Part shown: positions 11,800 through 26,545 of the stretch, in pieces | Layout of the letters: each line of letters starts with the position of its first letter | How positions within the stretch are numbered: position 1 is the stretch's first letter | NCBI GenBank assembly: GCA_012295275.1 | Contig: CM022672.1 | Coordinates: 6,944,001-7,008,000, forward strand | Length of the DNA stretch: 64,000 nucleotides | Direction of reading: 5' to 3' | From: Chrysomallon squamiferum | Lineage: Eukaryota; Animalia; Mollusca | The notes under the pieces: model-generated | The model's database searches: none | What the model saw: the letters and a program-made list of their open reading frames with translations, nothing else | Told to the model about the DNA's origin: nothing | Translations under genes and position numbers: made by a program

Positions 11800-14792
11800 T
11801 AGCAAGTCAGCTGTTGGGAAATAATCTAAAGGGAGCACCTATATGTGTTGAGACTATTCTCTGTTAATTATTATATAATATTGTAGAGATATCAAAGAAC
11901 AGGTGAATTCAAATATTACCAACATATTTTCCATTTATGCCCATTCACTATTTATTTATAATCTGATAAACAGAACAAGAACATTAATGCTGTTAGTGTA
12001 TTTATTTAATCAAACTGCAAATCATTCAGTACAAGTATTAGAAAACACAGGGTAGTAATGATAAACATCAAATGCTAAAGTAAGTAAGCATTAATATGCA
12101 TTAATAAATTCACTGCAATAGAACAAAAAAGTAATAACTTTAATATTTATTATGTCAGTGTCAAATAAACAATATTAAATAGAAAATTTAAACCATAAGT
12201 TAATTACTTGTAACTGATATTTTTTTAAAGGAATAATACATTTATTATTATTTGTAACTTATATTAAATTTATGTATTTATAAATAATCATAAAATTTAA
12301 AAATGATTTATCCAGATTAGATTATGAAAGTTGGTAAACTTATCAGTAAACTTAAAAGAAGAAACATTAAGTTTATTTACAATTCCAGATTTATGTATAA
12401 CCATGAAATATATAAGCATAGGAATAACTATAAAAATAATAACTAATAAGTAACAACAAAAAACAATAATAATAAAAAAAAAAATAAAAAAAAAAATAAA
12501 TAAAAAAACCCCCAAAAACAACAATTTTGTAGAATTAAGAAATTAATAAAAAATGGAATATAAAAAAGTAATCCTAAGCATACTGAAACTGGAAGGGATC
12601 AATTACAATCCAGGTGTACAGTTTTAATTGTATATTTAATTATTAAATTCCCGAAAACAGACATCTGTTTGAAACAGCTAACATATACCATTAAATATCA
12701 TTATTTTGACAACATACTTTGATTTAAATAATTTTGATGTAAATCTTTATTTCCTTGTAATATAATAAACATTATATATCTATGAAGATTGCATTAAAAA
12801 AACATTAAGAAATAAAATTAAATATATATATATATATATACAAACAAACTAATAAATAAAAATCAAATAAGTAAATAAATTATGCAGCAGTAGTTGTCTG
12901 TAAGTTGCTGAAAATTATCACAGACAGTGCTAATGTCTTTTGTTCTTGTTTATCTGATAAACAAATTAAAAATCTATTGTTAATTTCATAAAGTTTTAAA
13001 ATACAAATAAAACTAGTAATAACTGATAACTATCTAACCCTTTTAATTTTTTTTAATAAACACATCAGTTAGCCACTGGTGAGATTAGGAAAAAAATGTA
13101 ATGAAAGCAACTAAGAGAATGAATTCCTTTTCTAAACTATAATAATAATAATGAAATTTACTCAGCAAAATTAAAATAAATAAACATGCAAAATGAAATT
13201 TACCATAAAAAAAAAAAATAATATATATATATATATGAAATAAATTTAATAATAATAATAATAATAATAATGAAAATAACTCGGCAAAAATTATAAGCAA
13301 ATAAACGTTACAAATAATGAAATTTGAACAGCAAAAATATAAATATATTTAATAATAATAATAATGAAGTTTGATCAGCAAAATTACAATCAAATAAACA
13401 TGTAAAAAAACAATTTACCAAAACAAATATTACATATATGTATATAAATAAATTTAATAATAATAATAATAATAACAATAATAATAATAATAATGTATAA
13501 GCATGTCAAACTGTTTTATCTCACAGCTGAACAATTTTTATTTATTACATTGAAAATTTGTTGGTATTTACAATATTCTTAAGATCATTAAATTTTTTTT
13601 TTTAAAAACCAAGTTTTCTTTTATACAACTTTTGTGTTGTTGCATTGCAATACAAATGATATTCTGAATTTTTATTAATCATGTGTGTGTGTGTGTAAGA
13701 TTATTATTGCTATTATTTATGATGAAACAGATCTTACAAATTTTGTAAATATAAAATCATGGTAATCACTCAGGAATATGAAACTTTATTTGTTTGTGGT
13801 TGGTTCTCTTTTAAGTGTAACGTTTATTCTAATTGTATGTATTAACTTTTATGAAATATGTTTATACTCACTGAAATTATAGACTTAGTAATAATGATTT
13901 AGTTTTTTCCCCAAATTCACAGAAATAAAATGAATTCTTCACATAAATAAAAAATTCAAGTTAATACTATTTCCAGTGATGTGACACCATTGTAGATGGT
14001 CAGTGTTAACCATTTTTGTTTCATTTCAGTGATGTACTAATTGCTTGTTTATTTCTCTGCAGCAATGGCTACAGCTTTTAATTAAGTCTGAGAATTTCAA
14101 ATCCAATTCTCTATTATTTTATAAAATTTACTCTTCTGAACATACTGATTTCACAGTTTATTTTTCAGTATTGTGGTAGTTTATCATATTTAGATACAAA
14201 CTTTTACTTCTTAAATTTTTTATTTAAATAAACAGAATGATAATATATATATAGAAAAAATAATTGGATTGCACTCACACACATGCATACACATATACAC
14301 AAAACAGTGAACATAGACACACACACACACACACAAAACAGTGAAACAAAAATCGAAACAAAATCATTTCTGCTTATCTAAAGAGCAATAATGATAAAAT
14401 AATATTACAATTTGTATATATGTCTGAAAATACAAAACTGAAAAAGATGAATCGTAAGAGAAATTTTGAATTACTAAAAAACATTACTGGCTGAAAACTC
14501 TTCATTTTATACAGAGCTATTCAGAGAGTGAATGTTATGAGATAATCAGGATATGCTTGAGTGTCATTGAAAATGATGAACATTCCAGGGTTAGCAACAT
14601 TATCAACGACAGAATCAAACAAGAGAGCTTGATTTGATGATTTCACTGGTGGAACACGCATTCCTGTTTGTCCTTTAGTAAAATCACCAGTAAGAACTGA
14701 GGCATAGTACATGTGTTTATGACCTTGTGAATCTGGTCGTGAATATTTCTGTTGTGCAGAATAATTTGCATTAACAGCAAAGTACACTCCAT
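11800..14792 (-). repeat. Segmental duplicate of the PARP14 last exon, 3' UTR and downstream flank
   Basis: Colinear matches with 28490-33830: 11886-12040 vs 28586-28740 and 30046-30205; 13505-14010 vs 32755-33190; 14483-14792 vs 33517-33826. Confidence 0.88.
14521..14792 (-). pseudogene. Orphan terminal exon of a PARP14 paralog (C-terminal half of the ART domain)
   Basis: Open frame DGVYFAVNANYSAQQKYSRPDSQGHKHMYYASVLTGDFTKG...QAYPDYLITFTL*, 7 aa different from 33555-33826. The first 15 nt of the exon and its original acceptor are replaced by unrelated DNA at ~14795. No upstream PARP coding exons remain. Confidence 0.88.
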
Positions 14793-14957
14793 CTACAATG
14801 CAAAACATGATACTACATCTGAGGTATTCTAAGCAGAAGATAAAAACATGCATGCACAGATATACACATTTACTCACATAAACACATATACATACATACA
14901 TACATACATACATACATACATACATACATACATACATACATACATACAAACATATAT

Positions 14958-15185
14958 ACGGCATCTGACGGGTTTGTGAGGTGGTGACGGGACTGTTGTA
15001 GAAGGTTTCTCTCGATGGCTGAACGGTAACGTTTTTGCAGGTGAATGGGTGCCACACGTTCGAGTCTCGTCAGCGGCATCTGACAGGTTTGTTAGGTCGT
15101 GATTGGACTTTGTCCTCCTGCGCCAGTGCGTTCCCGAATATTGTCTATGTGCAGAGTCTATTCAGACGAACATAAGACAGATAAT
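14958..15185 (+). mobile_element. Probable tRNA-derived SINE fragment
   Basis: A-box-like TGGCTGAACGG (~15017-15027) and B-box GTTCGAGTC (15058-15066) lie at tRNA-like spacing, but there is no complete cloverleaf. A 35-bp body segment is duplicated (14960-14994 and 15076-15110). Confidence 0.5.
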
Positions 15186-15513
15186 ATGTATATCCTAAAA
15201 TATATACACAAATACACACATACTTACTATATACATACTTTATCAACTGGTATTTTCTAATTAAGAATTTCAGGATTAGTCACAGAGAATAAGCCGTTCG
15301 TATGTGTGTACGTGTGACTCTACCAATGTGACATACACAGTAACTGTATTATATAAGTAATGAGCAAATCACAACTAACAGAGTTAGAGTTTGTATTATG
15401 CCAAGATATCAGTAAATTGTGTAACTAACAGAAATTTATATTTTATGATTTCAGGAGAAAACTAATTTTAAAAAGTTTATCTTATACATGAGACACAGAG
15501 AGACAGAGATCGT

Positions 15514-15566
<53 letters not shown>

Positions 15567-15567
15567 C

Positions 15568-15638
<71 letters not shown>

Positions 15639-16970
15639 ACATTTATGATATATTGTGAGCATGTGTGTATGTATGTGTGTATGTACGTATGTATGTGTGT
15701 GTGTGTGTGTGTGTGTGAATGTGTGTGCACAAAAATAATCTTATTTCACTTTGATAATTATACATCTATATTTATATAATTATACATCTATACTTGTATA
15801 TAAATATTTGTTAAATCAGGGAACTGTGACGGGATATGTGATGATAGTTGTGATTATTTCTGGGACAGCGAAGAAGTAAATGAACTGTGTGTGTAGGAAA
15901 CAAATAAACAGACAAACAAACACAATGATAAAACAGGAGTATCATGGAAAACCAAAGTCTGATCTACGACTCTACGTCATGTTCATTTGAAAACAAAGAT
16001 GAGACGTTTTGAAATATTTTAATTTATTCTTTGTAACAGTGATCTAAACAACGTTAACCCATCACAGCTAGCTTCTTCTTACACTTTATTGTGACAATAT
16101 ATTAACATTCTATGTGTAATGCCTAATTATTCCTTTCCTAATAATAAAGTATTTTTAGAATAATATTACTGCTATTGTTATTGTTATTGTTGTTGTTATT
16201 ATTATTATTACATCTTTATATTTCTCTGTGTACAAATATGAAGCACGAAACAAGGTAAAATATCACAAGTGTGCAACAAAACGAGGTTATCATTTGATTG
16301 CAATACTTTTTGATTAGCAAATATTGGTGTCTGGCCAGAAATAAATCAATCATTTACAGGTGGAGAAAATCATTTCTTTGTATCTGCCATCAAAGATACA
16401 GTTTAAAGTAGATGTAGTGAAAATATCGTATGTTTATTTATGGCCACCTCTAATCACACATACACATATATGATAATTTATTCAAAATTCCTGTTTGTTA
16501 TCTTTTCCTGTTTTGAATTAAACATAAGGAAACAGGAGGAAAACGTAGAAAAGATGAGACGTTGCTACTGTTTATGTTTCCCTCTTCTTAATAACCATTC
16601 AAAGCAATATCTACAATGATATTACTATTTCCAATACCATAAATAACAAACATTATTTTTATTTATTGCAGTTTAGCAAAAATGAACTTGGATTGATAAT
16701 TCAGAAAACTAAATCATAACAACATCACTGACATGCGATCATCTTTAACTTTTCCCGACAACAATTAGAAAACGTTAATATAACAATAATATTACGACAT
16801 GATTAGTTAAAATATTTTTATAACAATTCAAACAGTAAACACAACATTTCTACCAACAAATGCACTGGATATATATTAAAATAAGAAACATTGTTTTTAT
16901 TTATTGCTGAAATAAAGTCTATATGACTTTTTTTCGTCAAATAAAATAATAATAATAATAATAATAATTA

Positions 16971-17018
<48 letters not shown>

Positions 17019-18788
17019 CAATCTGGTATTTAACAAAAAGAGATAAAGAAGAAGAGGTGTGACTACATTTCCTAATTTAAAGAGAAACAAATGAAACAAT
17101 TGTCTGTTATACTGGAGTAATATTTTATGCATTTATTTATTTATTTACATTTGTTTATAATAATTGTATAACCTATCTAATATCTTATATAGACAAATAA
17201 AATATTTTCTTCATGAATAATGTCCTGTATTGTATTCAGATTTGAATCTTGTCTAACAGAAAGTCGAGATCTCGCATGGTTATCGAGGGATTTGAAATTG
17301 CTACCCTGAAGAAGTTTGGCAGTTTGCCAAGAGGTTGATACTGAACCATCATAGTCCCCGATTCCATCATCCTGGCTTTTATTGCAGGTGCCACCTAAAA
17401 ACAGAACAATTATGATTGGAGAACTCTTTATAACTTCAGTTTTTAAAACACTCTGTGTAAAATACGAACTGTATTTTATCTTGTTTAACTCCTTATCTAG
17501 AATCTTTTCGGGACACATCTGCCGCCATTTTGGAAGTAAATACCACAGACACATTTGGTCCCTCAATTTGAAACAAGAAAACAGTGTGTAATATACAACA
17601 TATAATCTTATGTATGTCTGATTAGACTCTGCACAGGAGGACAAAGTCAACATGCCTGTGTGTGTATTTGTGCGTATATTATATTTGCGTATATGTGAGT
17701 ATATATATGTATGAATGTATATGTGTATATAGGAATAAGTGTATATATGAATGTGTGTGTGTGTTAATTGTAAAAGACAAACCTCTTCAAGTACATCGAC
17801 GAAATGCTTCTCTGTCCTTCACCTTATCTCTAAGATAACTGAAAATAATTTACAAAATTAACATAATCTAAATAATATAGGTATGATAAATGTTAGAAAA
17901 TGGTCTTTGAAATTTGAAATCTTATTTCTTTCTATCCACCCACACACATTCCTAATGCTCTCTGTTTATCAGAAAATGTTTTAAATTTCTTAATTCTTGA
18001 TGCCACATAAACATTCCTGATTTATTACTCATAGTTCATACTGTTAAGATTAAATATTAACTATCTATCTATCTATATTTACAAAGCCATTCAAAATAAA
18101 CTTACACACACGCATACATACATACATTAATACATACTGTGAGAATTTAAAATAAATAAATAAATACAATTATTTTTCTAATTAAAATGAAAACCTAAAT
18201 CTTACTGTGCTAATTCGAAATTTCTGTTCACTTGAGCTTCAAACCCTTTGTCTTCCTGCAACGTGAAAAACAAATCAGTTTATGCACTCAACAGTCACGT
18301 ACTGAATATGAATACAGAAATATTGTTATATGATATACACTACATAATACATACACCGTGTATTACAGTTATTACAGTCATAGTTTATATTACTACTGTT
18401 AGTACTACTACAATAAGAACAACAACTACTTCTACTACTACTTCTACTGTTACTGATGCTAATATTAACACTAATAAACTACTACAGATATTGCTATTAC
18501 TGCAGTAAAAACGTAAAAGCAAACAAATATATAAATAATAAATAAATAAATTAATTAATTAGTAACTTAGACGAAATAAACAGATATATAGGTAGATAAA
18601 TAAACAGATAGATAGATAGAAAAAGCATGGTTATTTTAAAAATTAATAAGTATTTAACAGTTATAATAATTATAATAATAACAATAACAACAATAAATAA
18701 CAATAATAAAATTATAATAATAATTAGAACAACAACAACAACAATAATAATAATGTAAACGAAGTAGTTATTATTAAAATAATAATTT

Positions 18789-19160
18789 TAGTCATAAAAC
18801 TTTTCTTATTTACTACTTCATAACGTAATAATTGTAGTCATAAAACATTTCTTATTTACTACTTCATAATGTAATAATTGTAGTCATAAAACATTTCTTA
18901 TTTACTACTTTATAATGTAATAATTGTAGTTATAAAACATTTTTATTTACTACTTAATAACTTATTAACTATAGTCATAACGTAATAGTTGTAGTCATAA
19001 TATATTTCTTTTTTACTACTTCATAACGTAATAATTGTTGCTATAACACTTGTCTTATTTAGTACTTCTTGACTTATTAACAGTAATCGTAAAATATTTC
19101 TTATTTACTACTTTATAAGGTAATAAATTTAGTTATAAAATATTTTTATTTACTATTCGA
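18789..19160. repeat. 46-bp minisatellite (~8 copies)
   Basis: Unit tagtcataaaacatttcttatttactacttcataacgtaataattg starts at 18789, 18835, 18881 and continues with decay. Confidence 0.8.
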
Positions 19161-19353
19161 TATTTTAACAAACTTAATTTTGTGATAAATCATTTAAAGA
19201 TTAATTATACAGCTACACCTTTTATTGTTATTATTATTAGTAGTACTTGAAGTACCACTTATTTTACTACTACTACTATTATATTATTATTATTATTACT
19301 GTTATTGTTATTATTATTATTATTATTATCATTATTATTATTATTATTATTAT

Positions 19354-19384
<31 letters not shown>

Positions 19385-19547
19385 AAGAAGAAGAAGAAGA
19401 AGAAGATTTATTTTTACTTTATGTGTGGTTAGAATAGCAGAACACTGTAGAGGTGCACCCATCATCTTATGTGGATTCCACGTGACAGAGTCAGCCCTGA
19501 AAACATCAGATCAACAAATAAATTAACATACAAAAATTTCCACAAAA

Positions 19548-19651
<104 letters not shown>

Positions 19652-20916
19652 TCTTTTGTATATTATTATTTTTGGTCTTTTTAATAGCTTGGGACACAAA
19701 ATAAGACCAATGAAATAAACTGTATCATTTCAAACAAATTTAATAAAGAAAACTTATTATCACATTAAAATAAACTAATAATTTCATAAAGTCATTGTGT
19801 AGAGAAAAATTTAATTGACCTTTGTATACCTTGTAGTAAAAGGAAAATAATAAACTTTTAATTTACCTTTTAAAGAAATGTCAAGCTAAAGTTTAATTTA
19901 CCTATGTATACCTCGAAGTAAGTGTCTGTGTTCACGTGATAACAGAACGGTCCTGTAAAATGAAAAAATATTAAAATTATGTGACAGCACAAAATATCAC
20001 CTCTACGTGATAATTAAACTTACATTAACGTAACTTGGTTGTTTACGTATAAAATCACAAAATACACTGCCTACTTTAACGTAACTTGGTTGTTAATATA
20101 CCCAAAATAAAACAAACTGAATACTGATTGCTAAGCTATGAATATTGATACGTACTCAGACTTTCTTACGTAAGAATAAAAATGTGTTACAATCAAAGAA
20201 ATTTAAATATGACAGTTTATCGGTTTGAAAGTTGTAACGGAATCAATATAAACTCAGATAAGAAAACATAATAAAAATAAAATGATATTTTCCCGATAGC
20301 TACAAGATTACATAAGCAGTATTTTTTCTTATTTATCTAACATTCAATATGGGCAACAGAAAATTAAATTTAAAAAAATAATAAAAATAATAAAAAAAAA
20401 AAAAAAAAAAAAAAATGAAAAAAGAATAAAGAAAAGATAATGAAAGAAAGAAATTTTCTACTTAAAATACAGGTTTAACATTAACAAATGACATAAAAGT
20501 TTTTATCCTATCTTTTCTACTTTACTCGTAACATACACATATAGACAGTTTTCTTCTTTCTTGTATAAAGACAAAACGGCGTGGTTAATATATACTAACA
20601 TCAACATGAAGCCAGATTCCGTGACTGCTACAGCCTCAAATGGTCGTAAACTGCCAACACTGTTGTACCATGCGTGATGCTCTCGAGCAGAGGTATTTTC
20701 CCATCATCCTTTGCGATTTCGATTTTCTGTTTTAAATCTTCTACTAACATTTTGCCTCTATTGGAGTAGATTTTTGAAAATAATAATAATAATAATAATA
20801 ATGAACATAATAATAATGATAATAATGATGATGATGATGATGATTGCACCAATAGTACCATTCGTAGAAATAATATTAATAGCAACAAGAACAACAATCA
20901 CAACAACAACAACAAT

Positions 20917-20986
<70 letters not shown>

Positions 20987-21312
20987 AGATAATAATAAAA
21001 GATGTAGAATAAGAGAGAGAGAAATGACAAAATGTATATATTTTTAATCTACAACAACTGTATCACAAGAAAGTTAAAGAACATTAAGGAAGAAGAAATC
21101 CGCTGACATCACGAATTCGGCTACTTATTTCTGTTAGTAACAAGAAATGTCTTATTTTCACCTTCTCAGTGATGGGAGAATAAATATCTTGACCTGTGAT
21201 AAGCTAGTGTTGTAACACAAATATATCCAAAGGTAATAAATTTAGTTAAAAAATATTTTTATTTACTATTCCATAATTTTGGTTTTAAAATGATTTCATA
21301 TAAACGTAGTCA

Positions 21313-21419
<107 letters not shown>

Positions 21420-22064
21420 AAAACTACCTGTTATCACATTTCACATAGACAATGTTGTCAGATCCTATATCAAGCAGACAGGCAGCACGCCGTAGCGAGT
21501 AATAACATTAATAGACCACAGTGATTAAACGTATATTATTTGTATTTTCTTTTTCATTCTTTTTCATTTTTTTATTAATTCGTTGAATCCCGTTTCTCTA
21601 AATCAGTATTATCCCATCATCATTATTATTATTTTTAAAAAATAAAGTAAAAATAACTCCAAATAACTTACCTGCTCTGATACAAAGATAACACTTTGTG
21701 GCATTCCCACCATGCCTTGCGTCTTTGCATTGGGAAACATTTTATGTCTCGCTAGTAGAACACCATATAAGTTTCCGATAGCGCCCCTAGATAAACAGTC
21801 AGTGAATATATCTGTTTAATAACTCAAGTAGTATGAACAACTGTCAATCTTATCCTGTACACGAGTAACAAATTCACTGGGCTATGATTTTACATTAACA
21901 GCCTTAGATTTGAGTTTTCTTCATATAATACTACTACGACTACGACGACTATTTGTTCTACTACTACAACTTCTAAACGTCTTTGTTTTATGCAAAATCT
22001 GGTTATCTATGAAACTGTGTTTCTTTTACGTATATTAATTATAGATTTTTATTAACATACTAAT

Positions 22065-22103
<39 letters not shown>

Positions 22104-22701
22104 GAGATTATTTAGTTTCTATATATAAAATGAGAAAAGACTAAATAACAACAAATATTGAATAAATATGTATTTAACTGCCTTTAACTGCCAATATACG
22201 CAAATAATTAAAGTTTTGTTTGACCCTTTATAATGGTCTTTTACAGGAAAATACGCGATGTTAAAGTTATTAAGTAGTAAAGTTACGTCAGTTAGCGGCC
22301 GAGTGAAGGCCAGTTCAGAGTGACATATTAACGCAGCTTTAGAATTTGTTGCGTGGTGATTCGGAGGGAGTGAGAGTTGAAGTTCTGGTTTGGGAGTCAA
22401 CAAGCGGGGACTGCACACAACAGCGGTCCGTCCGGTGAAAATAGGATGTGGTAAAACAAATATTTTTAAAAAACTTCGTCCCTTGTCTTTTTTTGTCTTT
22501 TTTTTTTTTCTTGATACCGTCATAAAGCAGTGTAATCTGTGTCATTAATTAATTATTTTAACTCAGGTTTCCAAAACTGTAAATAATTTATTTACGTTTA
22601 TTTTATTTTATATCATTACAACATATGTTCTGAATACAAACAAATAACTCAAACTACTATTACTACTGCTACTACTACTAGTACTATTATTACTACTACT
22701 A

Positions 22702-22738
<37 letters not shown>

Positions 22739-22756
22739 CACTACTACTACTACTAC

Positions 22757-22793
<37 letters not shown>

Positions 22794-23164
22794 TCTTCAA
22801 AAGGATGGAGCTTTAATCTGGAACTGGAAAAAAAAACTGTTTTCTAATTTCTAATTGTGTTTTCACCTGGTGCAAACATCTGATCACCGTCTTCCCATCC
22901 GATGAATTTGCGCATGCGCTGTTGAATGACGTCCTCCATAGGGGCAACTTCATACATGAACCTGCAATGTACAGATAACTATATATCATGTTTACTACAC
23001 ACTGGTATGTGTCACGTAACAGACAGACAGAACGACACAAAGGACCACATATCTGCAAATATTCGAACTCGTACTTATTCATTAATAGGCATTATCACAT
23101 CCAAATATCCGTATAAATCAATTAAATCACATGTGCGTGCGTGCGTGCGTGCGTGTGTGTGTGT

Positions 23165-23408
23165 CAGTGGCGTGGAGAGTTCCTTGATTGTATGCCCCAA
23201 AGTCTCAAGTATGAGGCCTAGTACTAATAAATATTATAAAAAGGAAGATATTTTGAATATGTAAACACAGATGAAACGTAAAATAAATACTTTATTCGAT
23301 TTAAATAAAAATCAACCAAATTCATTAAGTTTTTTTCTCTGATTGGATGCCCCCCTATTTGGATGCATGGGGCCACCGCCTTTTCGGTTCCCCCTCTGCA
23401 CTCCACTG
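23165..23408. mobile_element. Small non-autonomous DNA transposon (MITE) in a GAD intron
   Basis: 15-bp TIRs CAGTGGCGTGGAGAG (23165-23179) and CTCTGCACTCCACTG (23394-23408; reverse complement CAGTGGAGTGCAGAG, 2 mismatches). No clear TSD. Confidence 0.55.
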
Positions 23409-24540
23409 ATACATAAACATATGCTTTCTTTTCATACCTCACATACATAAAAAATACTGATATACTGAAATGCTAATCAAATTCGCAATGTGCATTCACA
23501 TGTTAGTGTTGGAAGCTGCAGTCAACCACTCTCCCGCCATACCCACAATACCTGTAGACAGCTGATTGAAAAACCGCGGATGACCTATCACAGAAACAAA
23601 ATCATTAAAACAACATTTATTACATACAAGCACACAGACATACAACCACACGCACACACATATACACACATACAAACACAGGCACACATACACACATATG
23701 CACATATACATAAACACATACATACACATACATAGATACACACATACACATAAACACATTAAAGTATTATATTAATTTAAGTATATATGTATTTATGTCT
23801 CTCACAGTAATGTATGAATGAGTCAGATAACTATGTAAGCATGTATGCAAGTATTTATGTATGTGTGTATGTATGCATGTATATATATGTATGTATGTAT
23901 GTATAGTATGTATGTATGTATGTATGTATGTATGTATATATATATGTATCTATGTATGTATGTGTGTATATGTACATATGAAGAAAGCAAAGATTAAATA
24001 AACAACTTATTAAATAATATATAAATAATTTTCTAAAAGCATTTTCTACAATATTTAAGTTTATAAAATTAACCTACATTAACCTGTGGTTTTATACTAT
24101 TGGTACACAACGATGTAAAACACACAAATACGTCACACACAGATGTGAAGAAAAAAAAAAATATCCTGCTTTCTTAATCTCCCGGAAAATCATTCAAAAT
24201 GTACTATCTGAAGCTGATTATTGCAAACAATGTCAGCATCGAAAAATAAAGGAAATATATAATAGTGTATTTACAGTTTCCACAAACTTTCCTCAGAAGC
24301 ACATCCAGACATATACATCGAGAAATATATACGCACAAACACGTGCATACACACGGCACAAACCCACACAAACCCATAACTACACACAAATCACGCCATA
24401 CAAGTATGATTTATTTCAAAGCATAACTGTCACTTTCAGTTTAATAGGTTAAACGACGACTACGATGAATACTACTACTACTACTACTACTACTATTATT
24501 ATTAGTAGTAGTAGTGGTAGTAGTACTAGTGCTAGTAGTT

Positions 24541-24581
<41 letters not shown>

Positions 24582-25202
24582 TTTTTTTTTTTTTTGATCA
24601 AATGACGACAAAAAATAAAATAAAATAAATGTCAGCCTCTTTGCATTTTCAAGTTAGTAATACAAATAAATAAAATAATGATGGCGAAACGTGAATGAAT
24701 AGATTTTACGTAACAAAACTGCTAACTTACCTGTCTTAACACAGTATTTTGGCGTATCTTTACAATCACTTAACATTTGTTCCAAATCTCGCGGATTCTC
24801 GTGGATGACGAGACAATGATCCATAATCTCGCGAAGTTGATGTGGATGATTAAAGTCAAGGATTTGGGCCACTCTGTCCGTTTCCATGGAAACATATCGA
24901 ATCAAAATATTGACTACTTCCGTCAAAAATCTTGCTGATTTTGAAGAATCTTTCAAAAATTCTAAAACAAGAAAGGAAGTAAAGTTTTATTTATTAGGTG
25001 TGAAATAAATTATACATGAAAATGTTTGAAACCAAGAACCATAAGATAATTAATATCAGTGATAAGGCTAAAATAAATTAAATCATTTAGAAAATGTATT
25101 TATAAATTTAATCGCTTATAACTTTTTATTTATTTATTTATTTATTTAAACTATTCCTTCAATCATTTTTTTGTTATTATTTATTATTATTATTATTATT
25201 AT

Positions 25203-25268
<66 letters not shown>

Positions 25269-25767
25269 AAAAATAAAGATGACAAAAGCAGAAACGGAAT
25301 TAATATTTAACCCGGGTAATTCAAAATAAATAAATAAATGAAAATTACAAAGGGTATCGTAAACTGAATAATTATTCAAACACAAAAACCAAAAAAAAAT
25401 CGTAAAATAAAAAATAAAAAGACACTGAGAGTAAAAAAAAAAACGGATATCCATGAAGGATTGGTATAAATATACATAGCTGTTTTTATCAGTTAAAACT
25501 AAATTCTAGTACAGTTCTTCGCACACCACCTACCCGCTCTCTCTCTGTTACCTGTTATAATCTTACCTGACGCGAAAACACCTACACACTCCTTTCAGCC
25601 TGGACTCGAGCAGAATGTCGTCATCCTGTTTTCAGTGATCACGTGATCAGACAGCTTGGTCAGCTCCTCAGCTTGTCTGCTTTTCTTCAACTTCTGAAAC
25701 ATTCCGCAGTCAAAAGCCATCACAGACTGAAACAAAACAAAACCTGGAACATAAAATATAATTCAGT

Positions 25768-25945
25768 TACAGTTTTTATTTAATCTCATCTGATGTAATA
25801 TTCTCACTAATATCACTGAATATTCCAAGTGCATTCTGAAAACGGTTCTTGAGTGATCTCTGTTGGTGCCTGACATGGATGCATTCTTGCCTGTGCCTGA
25901 GGTTGAAACATTCCTTCCTGTGACTGAGGTGGCTGTATCCCTACC
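25768..25945 (-). pseudogene. Remnant of PARP14-paralog exon 2 (3' end plus ~3 units of the 27-bp repeat)
   Basis: Matches 57774-57910 and the 27-bp repeat (cttgcctgtgcctgaggttgaaacattcc). The donor is mutated from AG|GTGAG to AG|ATGAG, and the acceptor/ATG part is missing. Confidence 0.8.
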
Positions 25946-26079
25946 TATTTATTATTTTAAAAAAGCTTTGCTATAAAGCACCTAATATCACGTAGACTGT
26001 TGATATATCCTATTTTTAAATAAACTTATTGAAATTGTATAAAAGTAATTATAATATTTGGATGAAAAAGAGATTTTAA

Positions 26080-26545
26080 ATATCCCTACCTGAAATAGCA
26101 CCATTAGCCATCCTTTACATGATACGATTCAAGAGACTTGAGTCACAAGTGATAGATAGAAAGGAAGAAGCCTGACATTTTGCCATTCATTTGGAAAGGC
26201 TCATCTCTCAACATTCATCAGTTTTATTTGTAATCAAGAAAACTGAACATTTTTTTATTTTTAATTTCCAGAAAGAACGACTAGCAAGACATTTTTGAGG
26301 TTGTAGATAGCTATTTTCTTTTTATAATTTGTGATGTGAATCATGCATAAGCATTTGAACAGATGAGCCTCGTCTATGGCAGGAAATGTAAAGATATGTA
26401 TCAGCCTGGTCTCCAAAAAAGAATCTTGTTTTCACCCACTGTTTTCTGTACTGAGAGGCCGTCATTTCAAAATCGGTAGTTTTTGAGATCCAGAACGTGT
26501 TAGATGAGACAATTCAAATAGTTACCTTCATGAAAACTAGGTATT
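26080..26545 (+). mobile_element. Duplicated hAT Buster-type transposase fossil (paralogous to 60470-60915)
   Basis: Colinear with the copy in PARP14 intron 1 (catctctcaacattcatcagttttatttgtaat, ttccagaaagaac, gatgagacaat..aaatagtta). Confidence 0.7.

Noticed and set aside
15008-15080. Possible tRNA gene
   Set aside because: A and B boxes are present but acceptor and anticodon stems do not form; better explained as a SINE head.
22150-22545. GC-richer intronic block with ORF 22119-22523
   Set aside because: No recognisable protein motif or termini; probably an unclassified repeat.
25595-25597. In-frame TGA in the first GAD coding exon as selenocysteine or readthrough
   Set aside because: Probably TGG>TGA; the gene also has frameshifts, lost splice sites and a missing exon.
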